A DNA stretch of 64,000 bases from IMG/VR virus record IMGVR_UViG_3300045020_000151; one strand, given 5' to 3'. A program made the translations under genes and the position numbers. Position 1 is the stretch's first letter. The number at the start of each line of letters is the position of its first letter. The notes beneath the pieces were generated by a model. The model was not told the origin of the DNA, did not search any database, and worked only from the letters and a program-made list of their open reading frames with translations. Shown here in pieces: positions 1 through 8,908 of the stretch. Source of the stretch: an uncultured virus (IMG/VR IMGVR_UViG_3300045020_000151) (Duplodnaviria > Heunggongvirae > Uroviricota > Caudoviricetes).

Positions 1-539
1 AGGGGCATCCCCTGTCGAAGGCGTAGCACGTTCTCCTGCATGAGCTTGCCCTTCTTCAACTCGGTCTGGCTCTTGTGGAACTTGTGCATCTGTCCAGCTC
101 CACGAGCCGCTTGATAGAGCGAAGACACCTTGGTCTTCATCGCTCTGGCGGCTCGGATGTGATCGCAATCCGTGCCTTTCACCGAGTGGACGTACTGCCA
201 GTCCTTGCAACCACAGCCAATGCGTCCTGAAGGCAGCTTCTTGAGCTGGTAGATCTTCCCCGAGCTCCGACTCGGGACGGTGCCAACCGTGTCCTTCGAT
301 CGAAGGTAGCCCCCGAAGTTCCGCACGTACTTCCGGAGCTTCGAGTCAGCGTCCGGATGCTTCAGGACCGCCTGCTGGAACTCCTTGCCGCGAAGGGACT
401 TCTCGAACGCCCTCCAGTTCTTCTCATCGACTCCGAAGTGGGACTCGGCCTTCAGCTCCGCCTTGGAAGGAGAGGCCAAGGACGACAGCTTGAGGATGCC
501 GTCCGAGAACGCCTGGAGAAGGAGCAAGGTCGAAGGCAT
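1..539 (-). CDS. SWIM zinc-finger protein, 3' end runs off the window
   Basis: Manual translation from ATG at 539: MPSTLLLLQAFSDGILKLSS...YQLKKLPSGRIGCGCKDWQYVHSVKGTDCDHI (CxC...CxH SWIM pattern); open to position 1; absent from the ORF track. Confidence 0.65.
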   Translation of the reverse strand, partial: MPSTLLLLQAFSDGILKLSSLASPSKAELKAESHFGVDEKNWRAFEKSLRGKEFQQAVLKHPDADSKLRKYVRNFGGYLRSKDTVGTVPSRSSGKIYQLKKLPSGRIGCGCKDWQYVHSVKGTDCDHIRAARAMKTKVSSLYQAARGAGQMHKFHKSQTELKKGKLMQENVLRLRQGMP

Positions 540-546
540 CGGATAC

Positions 547-1365
547 CTAGCTGGTCAAGAACGTGAGAAAGCGCTTCGTGAGATCTGCACCGTGTGCAGT
601 GTCCTTCAGGATGTTCTTCAGTGGGTAGATGTGCATGCCCTTGAGACGGGCAGCAGCTTCTGGACCCTTGGCCCGTTCCATCGCGATGTAGTGGACGTCA
701 CTCTTGTGGTACTTCAGGTAGATGTCAGCGTTTGAGCCGAGCTGACGGAAGATGACGGCGACTTCCTTCGCCAGATTCTGGGAGCTGACCTTGCCGACTC
801 TCAGGTTCGTCAGGAGCTCGGCGTTCATCATCTTCTTGCAGTGAGGGCAGTAGGCCACGTCACCCTGGATGTTGTCTCCGGAGATGACTCCCCAGCAGCC
901 TTCGTTGTGCCCCTGGCGATTGTCTCTACACCAGTAGGCGAGTTCGTCTCCGCCGCCGTGGAAGTGCTTGCCGCTCTCCCAGACCTGAATGCCCAGAAGG
1001 TTTGGGCCCTGTGTTGTCCGGCCTTGAGTGAAGGTCACCTCGATCTTGTACTTGGCTCGGATCTCCCCGTTGATTCGAACGTACTCTTCCGGAGGAGCCT
1101 TCCGATTGGCCCTGGCGTTGGCCTCCTGCTGGAAGCCGGTTGACTCGATGTGACGCTCGCCTTGGTAGCCGACATGGCGCCGGAAAGCTTCCTCCCCAAT
1201 GCTCGACTGAGGAGGGAGTACCGGGAGCCCTTCCAGATTGGCTCCATCAGCAGCCTGGGCCACCGCCTTCTTCACAGGCTCCGGAGCTGCAACCTCGAAC
1301 GCAGGGTCGTTCTCAGAGATGATTCCCTGCAGTTCCGGCATCTTGAACACACTCTCACCCGTCAT
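547..1365 (-). CDS. Hypothetical phage protein with Zn-ribbon (YCPHCKK)
   Basis: 272 aa ORF in tightly packed minus-strand operon. Confidence 0.7.
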   Translation of the reverse strand: MTGESVFKMPELQGIISENDPAFEVAAPEPVKKAVAQAADGANLEGLPVLPPQSSIGEEAFRRHVGYQGERHIESTGFQQEANARANRKAPPEEYVRINGEIRAKYKIEVTFTQGRTTQGPNLLGIQVWESGKHFHGGGDELAYWCRDNRQGHNEGCWGVISGDNIQGDVAYCPHCKKMMNAELLTNLRVGKVSSQNLAKEVAVIFRQLGSNADIYLKYHKSDVHYIAMERAKGPEAAARLKGMHIYPLKNILKDTAHGADLTKRFLTFLTS

Positions 1366-1377
1366 CGAGTTCTCCTA

Positions 1378-2058
1378 CTAGCTGCCCGTGCCCGTATAGG
1401 TGGCACCCTTCTGACCACCCACGAGCTTGCCGAGCGACTCGCTGAACTTCGGTTTGGTGGGAACGTTGAGATCCCGGTAGACGTGAGGCAGGGGGATCTC
1501 CTCAACGATGCGTCGCTTACCACCCTCGTCGATCCTGTCCTCAATCGTCCGGATCTTGAACTCGAAGTTCGGGGGTGGACTATCGACTGCTGCCTCTCCA
1601 GAAGGTGGCCGAGGAACAGCGGCTCTGGGAGGAGGATGTTGCCCTGGGGCCAGGGGCCGCTTTGGGGCGGCTTTCGGAAGAGCCGATTGCACCGGTAGCT
1701 TCTGCGTTGTGCCGGCGGGATAGAGGGTGGGATTGGCCTTCGCCAACACCGTCTTGGCGAGCTCCACCTTCTCCTTCATCTCGGCCTTCGGCCCCTCGAT
1801 TTGGATGTGCCAGCCGTAGACCAACTTCCCGTCTCGAAGGATGTACCGCCGGCAGATGTGGAAGAGGGAGCCTGAACCCTCACTGGCCTCCAAGAGCTGG
1901 GTGAGCGTCTCCAGCCATGGGCCTTCTTGGCCCGGAACCTGCCGGCAGAGAACCTCGATTCGTTGGTTGCTCCCCTTGGTGCTGAGAGAGGTCACTGGCT
2001 GAAGAAGCCCGGTGGAAAGGATTGCCGACTTCAGATCCATCTCAAGTTCCTTGCTCAT
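1378..2058 (-). CDS. Hypothetical protein with Pro-rich linker
   Basis: 226 aa ORF, operon context. Confidence 0.65.
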   Translation of the reverse strand: MSKELEMDLKSAILSTGLLQPVTSLSTKGSNQRIEVLCRQVPGQEGPWLETLTQLLEASEGSGSLFHICRRYILRDGKLVYGWHIQIEGPKAEMKEKVELAKTVLAKANPTLYPAGTTQKLPVQSALPKAAPKRPLAPGQHPPPRAAVPRPPSGEAAVDSPPPNFEFKIRTIEDRIDEGGKRRIVEEIPLPHVYRDLNVPTKPKFSESLGKLVGGQKGATYTGTGS

Positions 2059-2341
2059 CGTCTTCCTCTTCCTTCACGAGTCTGAGAGCAGGCCTCTCGG
2101 GAACCTTCCCGACGGCCTGACGCAGCTCTTCAAGAGTCCGTTCGATTGCATGACAAGCAAGGTCCAGTGTACCAAGAACTGCTTCAGTTCCCGACCATTC
2201 GACAAAAGGTAGGAGACGGGGTGGAGAGTCGGCAACCTCACCGACCCTCCGCCTCACGTCGTCCCTGGCCCGAGAGAAGACGGCGAGATCTCTCTCGCCC
2301 TCTTCAATCTCTCTCATGACCTGTTGCCGAGTCAGTTCCAC
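2042..2341 (-). CDS. Hypothetical protein
   Basis: 99 aa ORF abutting neighbours. Confidence 0.55.
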   Translation of the reverse strand: MELTRQQVMREIEEGERDLAVFSRARDDVRRRVGEVADSPPRLLPFVEWSGTEAVLGTLDLACHAIERTLEELRQAVGKVPERPALRLVKEEEDDEQGT

Positions 2342-2689
2342 TTACATCTTCTCCATCGCCCTCACGACTCCCAGGAAGAGGAAATCCTTGGCCTGCTGTT
2401 CCTTCGGCAGCTTGTCGTAGGGCACGAAGCAGGGGTGCTCCTTCTTCTCCGGGTCCTTCTTCTCGCCGTACTTCCAGCCATCCGCCGTCTTCTGCTTGAG
2501 CCAGCTCTCGTGTGAATCGCTGGGCTTCGAGTTGGGGTTGGCCAGGTGGAACTCCACACCCTGAAGAGCGCTGTCCTTCTGCCACTGTGGGGCCTGATCC
2601 CACGGAAGCTGGGTCATGTCTCCGAGGGAGGCACAGTAGGCCCGATTGACTTCATGGGCGACACGGGCGATTTCGAGGTTGCTGAGCAT
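2342..2689 (-). CDS. RyR (ryanodine receptor repeat) domain protein
   Basis: IARVAHEVNRAY...HESWLKQKTADGWKYGEKKDPEKKEHPCFVPYDKLPKEQQAKD is the typical phage RyR-domain signature; start taken at ATG 2689, which overlaps the upstream stop. Confidence 0.8.
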   Translation of the reverse strand: MLSNLEIARVAHEVNRAYCASLGDMTQLPWDQAPQWQKDSALQGVEFHLANPNSKPSDSHESWLKQKTADGWKYGEKKDPEKKEHPCFVPYDKLPKEQQAKDFLFLGVVRAMEKM

Positions 2690-3297
2690 CACGACTCCTT
2701 CGGTTGAGGTTGAGGTTCGGTCGTCACTTGGAGGCAAACCTTCTGCTCTCCGCTGTACAGCACCTGCTTCTGCAAGATGGTCTCGAAACGGATTTCGAGA
2801 GCGTGGGGGTTTCGTTGAGAAGGGACGTTCCGTGACAGGACCAGTCCCGGAATGAACCAGTCCTCTACAACGTCCTGAATCCGGAAGTAGTACCGGCCCA
2901 TCCGATCCATCACGGCGTCGAGGTTCGGGACCACCACCTTTGCCGTGACCTGAAGGCCCTGGCTGTCAGCAGCGGCAGCTTCGGCCTGGGACGGAGGACG
3001 AAGGACAGTGACGGTTGCCGGCCAACGGATCCGTTCCAGGTCGAGGTAGGTCTCCCGGAGAACGTGTTCCTTCTCGACCTCGGTGGCCAAATCATCGGCC
3101 AACTTGGTGAGAGTCTTCTGAGTTGCGTCCTTGAGGGCGTTCTCGTTCACCAGCTCTGCGGAGCCAGGAGGCAAGTTGCCCCACTTCTCCATTAGCTCCG
3201 CCATCGCCTTGTCGATGAGGCCACTCTCCAAGACCTTCTTCTGGACGGGCTTCAGATTGGACTTCAAATCGGTGATGGGGTTGATCTTCTCCGTCAT
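2689..3297 (-). CDS. Hypothetical protein
   Basis: 202 aa ORF, stop/start overlaps on both sides. Confidence 0.65.
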   Translation of the reverse strand: MTEKINPITDLKSNLKPVQKKVLESGLIDKAMAELMEKWGNLPPGSAELVNENALKDATQKTLTKLADDLATEVEKEHVLRETYLDLERIRWPATVTVLRPPSQAEAAAADSQGLQVTAKVVVPNLDAVMDRMGRYYFRIQDVVEDWFIPGLVLSRNVPSQRNPHALEIRFETILQKQVLYSGEQKVCLQVTTEPQPQPKES

Positions 3298-3869
3298 GAC
3301 TTCTCCTTGGGGATGTTCATCTCCAGTCGATAGCTGTGAGCGATGACGTCCGGTTCATCAGCCTTCGCACCGACCAGAATCAATACGTCATCTGGAACCT
3401 GTTTGTGTGTGAAGACCTCAACCCCGAATAGCCAAGTGATAGGTCCTGGGCTACGAACCTCCAACCATGCCTTCAGAAGCTGATGACGATTGACGAGGAC
3501 GGCCTTGGGGACGCACTTGTCCTGTTGGAAGTGCGTGAACGCCTCTCTCAGGTACTCCAGAGGCTGGACTCCCTGGACTATGGGGATGTCGTCCAGTTCA
3601 GCGTTCATCACTGCCGCCATCATGTCGTCTTCGTAGAGCTCCTCCGGGAGTTCTTCTCCAGGTGAATCCGCTCGAACACGACGCAGCACCTTGATGGGTT
3701 GCCCCAACTCGATGGTGAGCTTCTGAACGCCCCCACCTGAGATGACGCGTTCGATAGCGGCTAGGAGTGCAGGACGACCACCCGGAGGAAGAGGGAAGTC
3801 CTCCCGGATGAGCTTCGTTGCAATCTCCGGGGCGTCACCCAGAGATGGGATGGCCTTACTTTGCGGCAT
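3294..3869 (-). CDS. Hypothetical protein
   Basis: 191 aa ORF, operon context. Confidence 0.65.
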   Translation of the reverse strand: MPQSKAIPSLGDAPEIATKLIREDFPLPPGGRPALLAAIERVISGGGVQKLTIELGQPIKVLRRVRADSPGEELPEELYEDDMMAAVMNAELDDIPIVQGVQPLEYLREAFTHFQQDKCVPKAVLVNRHQLLKAWLEVRSPGPITWLFGVEVFTHKQVPDDVLILVGAKADEPDVIAHSYRLEMNIPKEKS

Positions 3870-4011
3870 CGCTCTCCCTCATCCTGGTGAAGTGATCGAT
3901 GACCTCTTGCGTGACGGTCCTGTTCTTGGCACGCAGGTACTTCTTCACCCAGCGGAGCAAGTCCGCTGGAATTCGGAGGTTGAGCCTCTCTCTTTTGGGT
4001 CTCTCGCTCAC
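3856..4011 (-). CDS. Arc-like ribbon-helix-helix DNA-binding protein (51 aa)
   Basis: Manual translation from GTG: MSERPKRERLNLRIPADLLRWVKKYLRAKNRTVTQEVIDHFTRMRESDAAK; fills the gap between two genes. Confidence 0.65.
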   Translation of the reverse strand: MSERPKRERLNLRIPADLLRWVKKYLRAKNRTVTQEVIDHFTRMRESDAAK

Positions 4012-4604
4012 GGCGCCTGGAAGAAGCGAACCTCAGGGACCAACGGCCCGAAGCCTGCCCCCAACGTTCCCGCCTCGAAGTTGTGGAGTCCTGCCTGGGC
4101 GCACTGGATGTGAGCCAGGTCCGGAATCACCACGGTGAATGACGGCCTGGGAATCATGACGTGACCGTGGCCGCCCTTGGGGTTCTTCCAGACCGCCAGG
4201 ACTGGAAAGCCGGCGTTGACACCGTTGACCACCATCGTCGTCAGGCTGATTGCCGACGTGGCTTTGAGCTCCTGCCAGCCGTAGTCGACGCCGTGTTGAT
4301 CGAGCCAGTCGACCCCCATGTTGATGTTCACCTCCGCGCCCTTGCCAACATCGGCCGGGGATCCGTCCGGGTTGACCCAGTGAGGGAAGGTGGCGTTCAT
4401 CCCCTCCATCACGTCCTCGGCGAACGTCTTGCAGAACGTCGCACCGTTCACCGGGAGGTACCTGGGGTTGGTGGTCACTCCCAGAACGTTGATGATGAGC
4501 AACGTCTGGTTCGGATCCCGACACGTTGGATCCGTCCGCACGTCCGCCGGCCCATAGACGAGGGGCCGGTAGCGGTCTTCTGGATTGGCTGGGAAGGTTG
4601 GCAT
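4008..4604 (-). CDS. Putative Cys/His (CHAP/NlpC-P60-like) peptidoglycan hydrolase
   Basis: NPRY...TFCKTF (Cys), WKNPKGGHGHV (His), QAG motif order fits papain-like amidases. Confidence 0.5.
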   Translation of the reverse strand: MPTFPANPEDRYRPLVYGPADVRTDPTCRDPNQTLLIINVLGVTTNPRYLPVNGATFCKTFAEDVMEGMNATFPHWVNPDGSPADVGKGAEVNINMGVDWLDQHGVDYGWQELKATSAISLTTMVVNGVNAGFPVLAVWKNPKGGHGHVMIPRPSFTVVIPDLAHIQCAQAGLHNFEAGTLGAGFGPLVPEVRFFQAP

Positions 4605-4606
4605 GG

Positions 4607-5074
4607 CTACTCCTGTGGAACCTCTTCAGGGACCTCTTCCCCTTGCGGCACCATGCCGTCATCGGGTTGTGGTCCGGGGGCAAGCCCTCGCTCTTCGAGC
4701 ATCATCGAGGTCTGGGCGAGAGCCAGCCCCCAATCACCGTCGAACGTCACGGCCTTGTCGTCGATGTAGACGTCACCGTCCGGCTTGGTGGTGCCCGTCC
4801 AGACTTCCATCGGTGGGAAGCCGTAGGAGGCCAACTCGCCTTCGATTTGCTCCTTGAGTCGGTTCCTCTCGGACTCCGGCATCGGAGCAAATCGAGCCGT
4901 CCAGACGGAGAGTCTGTGGCCCTCTGCTGCGAGTTGGTTCATCGCCTCCACAGCTCCTTCCACTGGCATCGATGGTGGCTGGCCCATGGCCGCAGCTTGT
5001 GGGTCCATCATCTCGGGAGGAATCTCCCCTTCCTGAACCAACGTGCCATCGAGGTCCACCACAATCCAAGCCAT
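4607..5074 (-). CDS. HAD-superfamily hydrolase/phosphatase
   Basis: Motif I VDLDGTL, motif II WTAR, motifs III/IV KP..DVYIDDKA. Confidence 0.8.
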   Translation of the reverse strand: MAWIVVDLDGTLVQEGEIPPEMMDPQAAAMGQPPSMPVEGAVEAMNQLAAEGHRLSVWTARFAPMPESERNRLKEQIEGELASYGFPPMEVWTGTTKPDGDVYIDDKAVTFDGDWGLALAQTSMMLEERGLAPGPQPDDGMVPQGEEVPEEVPQE

Positions 5075-5082
5075 GACGGCTC

Positions 5083-5976
5083 CTACGCTTCGGCCGGGGT
5101 CACCGGCACTTGGGTTGGCGGGGGATACGCAGCCTTGACGCCCCCACCGTTGTACTTCTCTCGGTTTCGGAGAGCCGACTTCACTACGGCTCCGATGGCC
5201 TCTGAGAGATTCCCGGCCTGGTAGCTCCCACCATATAGACGGTCCTCCCCACAGTCCCAGGAGTTCTCACCCTTGCCCTCGTGCGGTATGCCCTGAGAGA
5301 TCTTCACGTCGGCGTAGAAGCCTCTCGTTGCAAAAGGCCAACGTGGTCGCGTCCAGGTGCACCGTTCGAGCTCGATGGTGGCTGGATAGCCACCCTCCGG
5401 CATCGGAATGATCACCTGATGGGTAGAGAGAGTTTCCTTCTTGTACTTCTGAGAGCCCAAGAGGAAGTCAGGAATGTTGAAGTGACCGTCCATCCACTTG
5501 GGCATCAAGTGAGACCAACCCCACTCGAACTTGAAGATGTCCCAGTGAAGAGCCCAGTTGAAGATGCTGAATGAGAAGAAAGTGAAGTCGGTGTACTTGT
5601 GGCTGTCCGGGTAGCCGCCGTACTTCTCGTTCCATACCTTCAGCCAAGGACGGCTTGACCACCACTCCCTGAACTTTCGGAAGCCCCCAAGGCTGAACCA
5701 GAAAGCGATTGGGGGAAAGGAGATGTGCCAACAGAACCCCTCTTCCCAAGAGTAGCTGAAGGAGAACCCACAGAAGTGCGTCCAGAGGTTCCACGAGAAG
5801 CGGGAGTTGAAGCCGAAGCCTCTGACCCAACACCGACCCTCATAGGGCCAACCCTTTACATCCCCTCGACGATCCTCATTGAGGTTCTGCGAATGGAAGT
5901 AGGCCCTTGCTTCTCCGCTCTTGTCGGCTCTGAAGAGGAAGAAGAGCACACTGTTGATAAAACGGTCGATCTTCAT
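5083..5976 (-). CDS. Hypothetical Trp/Phe-rich protein
   Basis: 297 aa ORF. Confidence 0.65.
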   Translation of the reverse strand: MKIDRFINSVLFFLFRADKSGEARAYFHSQNLNEDRRGDVKGWPYEGRCWVRGFGFNSRFSWNLWTHFCGFSFSYSWEEGFCWHISFPPIAFWFSLGGFRKFREWWSSRPWLKVWNEKYGGYPDSHKYTDFTFFSFSIFNWALHWDIFKFEWGWSHLMPKWMDGHFNIPDFLLGSQKYKKETLSTHQVIIPMPEGGYPATIELERCTWTRPRWPFATRGFYADVKISQGIPHEGKGENSWDCGEDRLYGGSYQAGNLSEAIGAVVKSALRNREKYNGGGVKAAYPPPTQVPVTPAEA

Positions 5977-6170
5977 GACTTCTCCATGAGCCAGCTCGGC
6001 CGAACTGGGAAGTGGAACTTGAACGTCCCCGGGATGATGCCCTCTTTGCCGTACTTGGCTTCTTCCTCCGGAGTGTTGGGCTCCTGCCAGGAGATCCGCA
6101 TCCAGATGAACCTCAAGATGTAGAGGTTCAAGAACCCGAGCACGCTCTGTGGGTAGGGCCGCTTCTCCAT
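5973..6170 (-). CDS. Hypothetical protein
   Basis: 65 aa ORF, ATGA overlap. Confidence 0.5.
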   Translation of the reverse strand: MEKRPYPQSVLGFLNLYILRFIWMRISWQEPNTPEEEAKYGKEGIIPGTFKFHFPVRPSWLMEKS

Positions 6171-6172
6171 GG

Positions 6173-6436
6173 CTAGACCTTCCGGATGTACTTCACCTTG
6201 AGGATGAGAGTCTCCTCACCAGTCGGTTCCGGATCACCGAGCTCCTTGGTCTCCGGATCCCGATGCGCCTTCACCTTCCGCTGGATGTCGTGGGTGCAGG
6301 AGATGATCTTCACTGCCTCCCCATCGATGGTGTGGATGACCTCGGACTCTTCCTTCTTATCCTTCCCGGACTTGTAGCCGACCACGACGGCCACAGAAGC
6401 GATGGGGAAGTTGTCGACGACATCTTTAGGCGGCAT
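6173..6436 (-). CDS. Hypothetical protein
   Basis: 87 aa ORF with GGAGG SD. Confidence 0.55.
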   Translation of the reverse strand: MPPKDVVDNFPIASVAVVVGYKSGKDKKEESEVIHTIDGEAVKIISCTHDIQRKVKAHRDPETKELGDPEPTGEETLILKVKYIRKV

Positions 6437-6794
6437 GTGATTCCGCCTCCTTTCGTGCGTTCTCGATGTAGTCCGCTGCCAATCTCAAGAGCACCGGATT
6501 GTCTTTGAAGCAGCCAAGTCCTACGTTGCAAGTCCAGCACAGCAAGCCGCGAACCCTTCCAGTTTCATGATCATGATCAACAGGAAAGAACATCTTCTTG
6601 GGTCCAGGATCGTCCGAATCACAGATGGCGCATCTACCATGTTGCCTTTTCAGTAGCTCTTCGTATTCCTCAACTGTGATGTCGTACTTCTTGAGCTGAT
6701 ACTGGAGAACCTTCTTTGGATTGTTCTTCCTCCACTCCTGTTGGTTCTGATTGAACCTCTCTCGATTTCTGGCTCGCCACTCCTTGAGACTCAC
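6426..6794 (-). CDS. Endonuclease VII-domain protein (possible homing endonuclease)
   Basis: YDITVEEY..L...Q..RCAIC...VDHDHETGRVRGLLCWTCNVGLG. Confidence 0.85.
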   Translation of the reverse strand: MSLKEWRARNRERFNQNQQEWRKNNPKKVLQYQLKKYDITVEEYEELLKRQHGRCAICDSDDPGPKKMFFPVDHDHETGRVRGLLCWTCNVGLGCFKDNPVLLRLAADYIENARKEAESHAA

Positions 6795-7165
6795 TTCTTC
6801 TCCGGAACCTGAGGCCTTCCTGAGTACACCCCAACTTCGACTCCAGGTTGGATGATCGCCAGCACGTCATCTGACGACATGATGAAGTACACCTTGTTCT
6901 CGCCGTTCTCCCACTTCTCTTCCGTCTCGATGGGGTTGGCGTACTTCAGGAAGCCTCGGTAGACGACTCGCTGCCCTGCTTCCAGACCGAGGTCGTGGTT
7001 CTTCTTGCCAGGTCCGAGACGGACAATGAGTCCGGCTCCTTCGGTGACCTTCTCCGCCCCGGTCTCGTTGCCAGGGAGGTAGATGCCTCCAGCGGTCTTA
7101 TCTTTCCTGGCATCAGCCAGGACGATTGCCCAGCCGTCCCTGGGCCGTACTTTGGTCGGGTCCAC
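6791..7165 (-). CDS. groES: Co-chaperonin GroES/Cpn10-like protein
   Basis: VRPRDGWAIV...KTAGGIYLPG...GLIVRLGPG...G.RVVY...YFIMSSDDVLAII. Confidence 0.75.
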   Translation of the reverse strand: MDPTKVRPRDGWAIVLADARKDKTAGGIYLPGNETGAEKVTEGAGLIVRLGPGKKNHDLGLEAGQRVVYRGFLKYANPIETEEKWENGENKVYFIMSSDDVLAIIQPGVEVGVYSGRPQVPEKK

Positions 7166-7459
7166 CTACCCCTCCGTCCCGCTGAGCTTCGCGAAGATGC
7201 CGTCCCGGAGCCACGTCGAGGCCACACCCTGCGGCGTCGTCTGCCGACTGATGCCGAGAGAGCGGCTCTCCAGCATATGGACGTTGTTGTCCCCGATGAC
7301 GGCCAGAGCTGTCACCTGCTGGTTCTGCTCGTCCATGAACGAGACGAGGGCCAGCTTAACGACCTTTGCGTCGATCACCGTCCTTGGGCCCGAGTTGATA
7401 CTCCCCACTGGGGGCGGGGCCGAGTGCGGCTTGGGTGCTTCCTGGTGTTGCTTGGCCAT
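7166..7459 (-). CDS. Hypothetical protein
   Basis: Start taken at ATG 7459 (MAKQHQ) after AAGGA SD. Confidence 0.55.
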   Translation of the reverse strand: MAKQHQEAPKPHSAPPPVGSINSGPRTVIDAKVVKLALVSFMDEQNQQVTALAVIGDNNVHMLESRSLGISRQTTPQGVASTWLRDGIFAKLSGTEG

Positions 7460-7703
7460 TGCCAGTTCCTTGCACGGGGAGAAGGGGAATCGTCGCGGGG
7501 ATCTTCCCCGTCTTGCATCCGCAGCGACGAATGACGATTGAGTCCACGACATCGAGTTGGTAGTCGATGGGCTTGCCGCAAGCCGGGCACATCTGTCCGA
7601 TGAAGTGCATCGGAGGGATGTTGCCCAGCCCGAGCGCTTTGAGAATCAAGTCGAGCTTGTACTCGACTCTGAGGATTGCCTCAGCCAGGTGATTGTCGCC
7701 CAC
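7356..7703 (-). CDS. Hypothetical Zn-finger protein (CPAC...CGC)
   Basis: 115 aa ORF. Confidence 0.55.
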   Translation of the reverse strand: MGDNHLAEAILRVEYKLDLILKALGLGNIPPMHFIGQMCPACGKPIDYQLDVVDSIVIRRCGCKTGKIPATIPLLPVQGTGNGQATPGSTQAALGPAPSGEYQLGPKDGDRRKGR

Positions 7704-8142
7704 TGTCCCTCCGCTTGGTCATCTTCACGATCTGTGCTCCCCGGGGACCAGCGCCCAGGTGAACGGTGATGCCGTTGTCCAGGTGAATCTCGTGCAGGTA
7801 GACCTTGCCGTTGCAGAGCTCCACGTCGGTGCTCTCGACCTTGTTGGCCACGAGCATGGCCTTGAGGACGAGGGGATCGTTGTTGAGTTCGTCCGGCAGG
7901 CCCATTCCGTTGATGGCCTGGTAGAGCTCCTTGCCGGTAAGATGGATGGGAGCTCGAAGCCTCTCCGTCATCGCAGTGATCGTCGGCTCTCCCACCAGAT
8001 TGATGGCTCCCCCACACAGCCTCGGGCATGGGCATGTCTGACCATCTTCGGACTGCACCTGCTTCACCAAGTCCATGTCGCTCGCCTGAACGAGCAACTG
8101 GTACGGCTGGAGACAGGTGTTGCAGAGGGAGCGAACAATCAC
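7681..8142 (-). CDS. Hypothetical Cys-rich protein (CNTC...CPCPRLC)
   Basis: 153 aa ORF. Confidence 0.6.
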   Translation of the reverse strand: MIVRSLCNTCLQPYQLLVQASDMDLVKQVQSEDGQTCPCPRLCGGAINLVGEPTITAMTERLRAPIHLTGKELYQAINGMGLPDELNNDPLVLKAMLVANKVESTDVELCNGKVYLHEIHLDNGITVHLGAGPRGAQIVKMTKRRDSGRQSPG

Positions 8143-8486
8143 AGGGATGGAACCTCTTCTTCATTCTCCGGGGTTTGTTCTTCAGCCTCTTCTGACGCTA
8201 CATCGAACAAATCCTCGGGTTCGAGGTCGGCCTCTCCTCCTCCGAACTCCGTCGCACCGGAGGCCACTGGGTCATCTGGGTCATCTGGGTCAACCGACTC
8301 TGGAGCTGGCTCGACAGACGCCTGAATCTCCTTCGAGTGCGACAGCCGGATTAGCTCCTGGACCGTCGTCTCTGGGACCGGAAGGCGAGCCTCGGAACCA
8401 TCCTCCTTGGAGCAAACGAGCCAGTGCTGGATCGCCTTGGTCTCCAAGTCGAAGTCCTGGCTGAAGCCCTTGATTGACCAGCTCAT
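8139..8486 (-). CDS. Hypothetical acidic protein
   Basis: Start taken at ATG 8486 (MSWSIKG), overlapping upstream TGA. Confidence 0.55.
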   Translation of the reverse strand: MSWSIKGFSQDFDLETKAIQHWLVCSKEDGSEARLPVPETTVQELIRLSHSKEIQASVEPAPESVDPDDPDDPVASGATEFGGGEADLEPEDLFDVASEEAEEQTPENEEEVPSL

Positions 8487-8908
8487 CCGAGTCTCCGCCG
8501 TCGTGCCTTCAAAGTGCTGTCCGCCAACTTCTGCCTGAGCTCGTCCGGCGCTCTCATCAACTTGGCCCGCTGCTGGAAGACGTTCGTCTCGATGGGCTTG
8601 AAGTACAGCACCCCAGCGGCAACCTCCTTCTTCATTGCCTCGACCATCTTCTTGTCTGTGTCCTTCTGAACCTGCTTCTGGAACGGGAAGACGGCTGAGA
8701 CGAACTTCTGAAAGGCACTTCCGATGTGTGTTGCATCGGCAAGACCCTGGGCCAGGACCTGGGTCCGTGTCACCTCGATCTCCTGACGTTTGAGCCAAAC
8801 GTGCAGGAAGAGTGCTTCCCTCAGACTACCCGCCTTGGGAGGACGATCCGCCTTCTCATACAGGACGTTCGCCCTAGCCCAGCCCTCAGCGGTGTCTATC
8901 CATTTCCC
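8483..8908 (-). CDS. -1 frameshift extension (gpT-like) of the putative tail assembly chaperone
   Basis: Frame entered at slippery G GGA AAT (8902-8908); reads GKWIDTAEGWARANVLY... Confidence 0.6.
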   Translation of the reverse strand, partial: GKWIDTAEGWARANVLYEKADRPPKAGSLREALFLHVWLKRQEIEVTRTQVLAQGLADATHIGSAFQKFVSAVFPFQKQVQKDTDKKMVEAMKKEVAAGVLYFKPIETNVFQQRAKLMRAPDELRQKLADSTLKARRRRLG